A DNA stretch of 34,682 nucleotides from Phycisphaerales bacterium (lineage in GTDB: Bacteria; Planctomycetota; Phycisphaerae; Phycisphaerales; UBA1924). Position numbers and translations under genes: made by a program. The notes below the pieces were generated by a model. The model saw only the letters and a program-made list of their open reading frames with translations, did no database searches and had not been told where the DNA came from. The DNA is taken from the NCBI GenBank assembly GCA_043101835.1, contig JBICHM010000198.1:1-34682 (forward strand), given 5' to 3'. Shown here piece by piece: positions 33,201 to 34,682 of the stretch (within the stretch, counting starts at the first letter, position 1; each line of letters opens with the position of its first letter).

Positions 33201-34523
33201 GTCGACGGTCTCGGCAAGCGCCCGCAGCTCCGCCCGCTCGATGAGACCAGCGCAGCGATCCGCCATCTGCTGCGCTTCGCGCGCGGGGCCCGACCACCCC
33301 TGCGCAGCCGCCTTCGCCGACGCCTCCCGCAGCGGCTCGATGAGCCTGGCGCCGACCTCCTCCATCGCCGCGTCGTACGCCGCCTCCCACGCCGCGACAT
33401 TGGAGATCGTCCAGCGGATCATTCCGTGGTGATCGGCGCCGACGTTTTCGACGCGTCTGCGACCGCGCGTGAACCACTTGTTGAAATCGTCGGATCGCTT
33501 CAACGCCTCCACGCTCAGCAGACCGACGGCGTCCTGGAACTCCGGCGTCGCCAGACGTTCGCTGAGCGCCGGGTCGTCGGCACGACGCAGCGCGTTCTCC
33601 AGAAGCAGCGCGAAGGTCTTTGCCTCGTCGAACTGCCGCTTCGGCGGCGCGTCCCCAAGCGGCTCGCCTTCGGGTCGCGTCGCGACCCACGCCGCCGCGG
33701 CCCCGCCGACGATCACGAGCGCCAGCGCTGCGCCGCCGCCGATCCGAACCGCCTTGCGTGTGCCCGGGCTGGCCGGGCGGATGGATCGCAGCGCATCACG
33801 CGCCTCGATGACGCCGAAGTCGCTGCGCGATGGCGAGGCGGTGAGCAGGTCGGCGCACAGGCGGCGGTGCCGCACCCCGCCGCGACCGAAGCAGCGGAAC
33901 GCGGACGCGTCGCCATCGTCGCTGAAGATCGTCGGATCCGGCTCGCGATGCGTCGCGATCAGGTGCATCAGGCGCCCGATCGCACGGAGATCGGCGGCAG
34001 GCCCGTCCGGCGGCGCCGCCGCGGCAGGCGCATCGCCGATGCGCACCGCCGTCGTCCATTCCACCACCGGCCCACTGAGGTAGATGCCCGCCGGCGTCAG
34101 CGCGCCATGACCGCGCCCGGTGCGCTCGTGCAGCACCGCGCAGGCGTCGAGCACCCGTTCGATGAGCCGATGCAGCGCCGACTGGTCCGGGCGCAGCCGG
34201 CGGTTGACCAGATCGTCCGCCGTCGCCGGCGGAAGGTCGACGACATCGAAGACGCCGCCGGAGCACCGACCGCTCTCGTGCACGGTCGCGAAGAGATCCG
34301 GCTCGGCGAGCGCGGCGTCTCGGAGCGCCGCCACGCTCGTGAGCCGGCCCTTGCAGAACCGATCGTACTCCTCGTCCGTCAGGACCCCGAGCGGGTTGCG
34401 CGTGGAGCGGAGCAGGAAGGACCCGGGGCCGCCCTCGCCGGCGCGCGATGCGCGCCACGCCACAACGAGCGCGCGCGTACGCCACTCCTCCTGCGGCTGG
34501 AACCCGCCGATGGCGTCGTGCAT
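30258..34523 (-). CDS. 1421-aa membrane protein: N-terminal degenerate protein-kinase-like domain, one TM, about 790-aa helical region, C-terminal FGE-sulfatase (SUMF1-like) domain
   Basis: Kinase-like layout with degenerate catalytic motifs: LVVAWRAS in place of VAIK, GHGALTPAGIYL in place of HRDLKPxNILL, IGDAPA in place of DFG. TM AVRIGGGAALALVIVGGAAAAWVA (about 33678-33749). C-terminal about 340 aa (about 30261-31290) carries HLIGFQGAWATASAAGCRLPSPEEWLAAYG, LRDMVGNVAEWADA and FPDVGVRLAF, typical of FGE-sulfatase domains. Confidence 0.85.
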   Translation of the reverse strand: MHDAIGGFQPQEEWRTRALVVAWRASRAGEGGPGSFLLRSTRNPLGVLTDEEYDRFCKGRLTSVAALRDAALAEPDLFATVHESGRCSGGVFDVVDLPPATADDLVNRRLRPDQSALHRLIERVLDACAVLHERTGRGHGALTPAGIYLSGPVVEWTTAVRIGDAPAAAAPPDGPAADLRAIGRLMHLIATHREPDPTIFSDDGDASAFRCFGRGGVRHRRLCADLLTASPSRSDFGVIEARDALRSIRPASPGTRKAVRIGGGAALALVIVGGAAAAWVATRPEGEPLGDAPPKRQFDEAKTFALLLENALRRADDPALSERLATPEFQDAVGLLSVEALKRSDDFNKWFTRGRRRVENVGADHHGMIRWTISNVAAWEAAYDAAMEEVGARLIEPLREASAKAAAQGWSGPAREAQQMADRCAGLIERAELRALAETVDDAARLHTQLSGWFARLADARDRTENTLIDIDASGAMIVVDGAGEPRPAGEAARQWLDSLAQAQPGEAPEATIARFSSQSAVVLEQVADTAEYWSGNARFDRERFLAEGAGVGGQAFADAATGRDAFDRWQRTVRDSQFVNIGTDPRLQLFAKRDELRQQITDLVTGLTGEEMAIIQDRIDALEAQLATVEEPLDGVGEWSLENEQTVLDAVAVAGSRLAESFDRLAGAESYLEERANIELRRRGAISRAESLIEEFPGWFDAHLTPIVDQARGAEDDVLEPILDELANETQRLRAVSRDALVLLASVESVRGDNSTFGDVLRSRAATLLEEWRTTAVASPDDAAPIRATIERIVELRDGAAAVLASIDARQGPLTPDAAGAVTALAESLRSVGVDPAAHPGDGRLFQALVQLQAYIDTRGQWEFLRDRLAIDLRSGVIRTEVLWNAYEFLREAEAQVDPSLAIDDIELERVIRDRLVAAYEVLPDRLGAPTVPQRLDSWLAGRPATWATNADALADLAGVEQILPEVGGGGVQPHIEAARLLAEVVGYAPAEDAPDEEVRPRLGAFRARIADIRPGVPGDGDWYTLLGVADQRLADLEAGRGGPRLDLDLLATIGPGGAAWTLRPESTIERPVYERNGVTMGFALIEEFDPPFYMASDELSLEAFQQIARDADGPSWDMIAQHALLKDWGNAPDDDAIPNEIRGYWVTAQRQVELQVDWISPPAQVREGGVDWPAHRRLIYGEQDAARSQAWSPTERTPLHLIGFQGAWATASAAGCRLPSPEEWLAAYGREDLRQGAAPNVSDAAWLRQVQREQRGIPSPQARSFFGYGTRETPSSYDAEDDGWLWLRPIDLAPGTPALRDMVGNVAEWADALANERPPEFAAPSLADEDLEASARIVGISALSGAGEPDQVVTLSRSRRDRRANLLADVVRGGGSGFPDVGVRLAFGVGDAAPRSLAGRYAQTMEDLAAVISAGEATP

Positions 34524-34533
34524 GCGCTGGCCG

Positions 34534-34682
34534 TCACTGCCCCGAGGGAACGCTCGGTGTCACGAGCACGCTCCCCCGCCTGATGGTCACCCGGATGTCC
34601 TGGTGCTCGACACCGGCCTCGTCCCACGCGCAGCCGCGGAGCGCCACGCTCTGTCGGCGCGGGTCGGCGGGGCCGCTGCGCC
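34534..34682 (-). CDS. 3' end of an upstream minus-strand gene (partial, runs off the window)
   Basis: My own translation of the reverse strand gives an open frame: ...RSGPADPRRQSVALRGCAWDEAGVEHQDIRVTIRRGSVLVTPSVPSGQ*. Third-position G/C is high and the TGA lies at 34534-34536, 10 nt before the ATG at 34523. Not in the supplied track because it has no start in the window. Confidence 0.4.
   Translation of the reverse strand, partial: RSGPADPRRQSVALRGCAWDEAGVEHQDIRVTIRRGSVLVTPSVPSGQ

Noticed and set aside
30993-34583. 1196-aa plus-strand ORF antisense to the pseudokinase/FGE gene
   Set aside because: Extreme Arg/Ala/Gly/Pro/Asp content with no recognisable motif. It mirrors the strongly motif-bearing minus-strand gene, so it is a typical high-GC shadow ORF.
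1-34682. Looked for CRISPR arrays, tRNA/rRNA genes, IS elements, integrases, toxin-antitoxin pairs and known defence genes
   Set aside because: I noticed no regularly spaced direct repeats, no cloverleaf-like or rRNA-like conserved stretches, and no transposase/recombinase or nuclease/helicase defence motifs in any credible ORF. A by-eye scan cannot exclude short ncRNAs.

Overview
Very GC-rich bacterial chromosomal window. Codon position 3 is strongly G/C-biased, so the six-frame track is full of long Arg/Ala/Pro/Gly-rich shadow ORFs, which I discarded. I support 27 protein-coding genes (one partial at the right edge). I saw no rRNA or tRNA genes, no CRISPR array and no transposase or integrase. 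All family calls come from motifs I read in the translations and from memory of the families; no database search was run.

Left part (1-9.4 kb): a small 4-Cys protein and a Cu(I) P1B-type ATPase, a Tat-signal amidase, a secreted S9 serine peptidase, a truncated haemoglobin and an MFS transporter.

Middle (9.4-15.4 kb): two divergent, translationally coupled operons. Three different redox modules each carry a fused Rieske [2Fe-2S] domain: a ThDP enzyme, a glutamate-synthase-like FMN domain, and a ferric-reductase-like haem-b membrane domain. Next come a secreted fasciclin protein, an ECF sigma / RskA-type anti-sigma pair, a DUF2256-DUF3253 protein and a class-II-like photolyase fused to an FAD oxidoreductase.

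Right part (21.1-34.7 kb) is the most interesting region. It holds a tightly overlapping minus-strand operon: TagH-position protein without an FHA domain, TssK, TssL/DotU, TssM split into two ORFs, and a TagF-like protein. This is the membrane-complex / post-translational-checkpoint half of a type VI secretion system. No sheath, tube, spike, baseplate-wedge or ClpV genes are in view. It is flanked by a small divergent lipoprotein and a 1421-aa pseudokinase-TM-helical-FGE-domain protein. I propose it is either an orphan TssKLM-based envelope machine or the regulatory/membrane sub-cluster of a dispersed, atypical T6SS.
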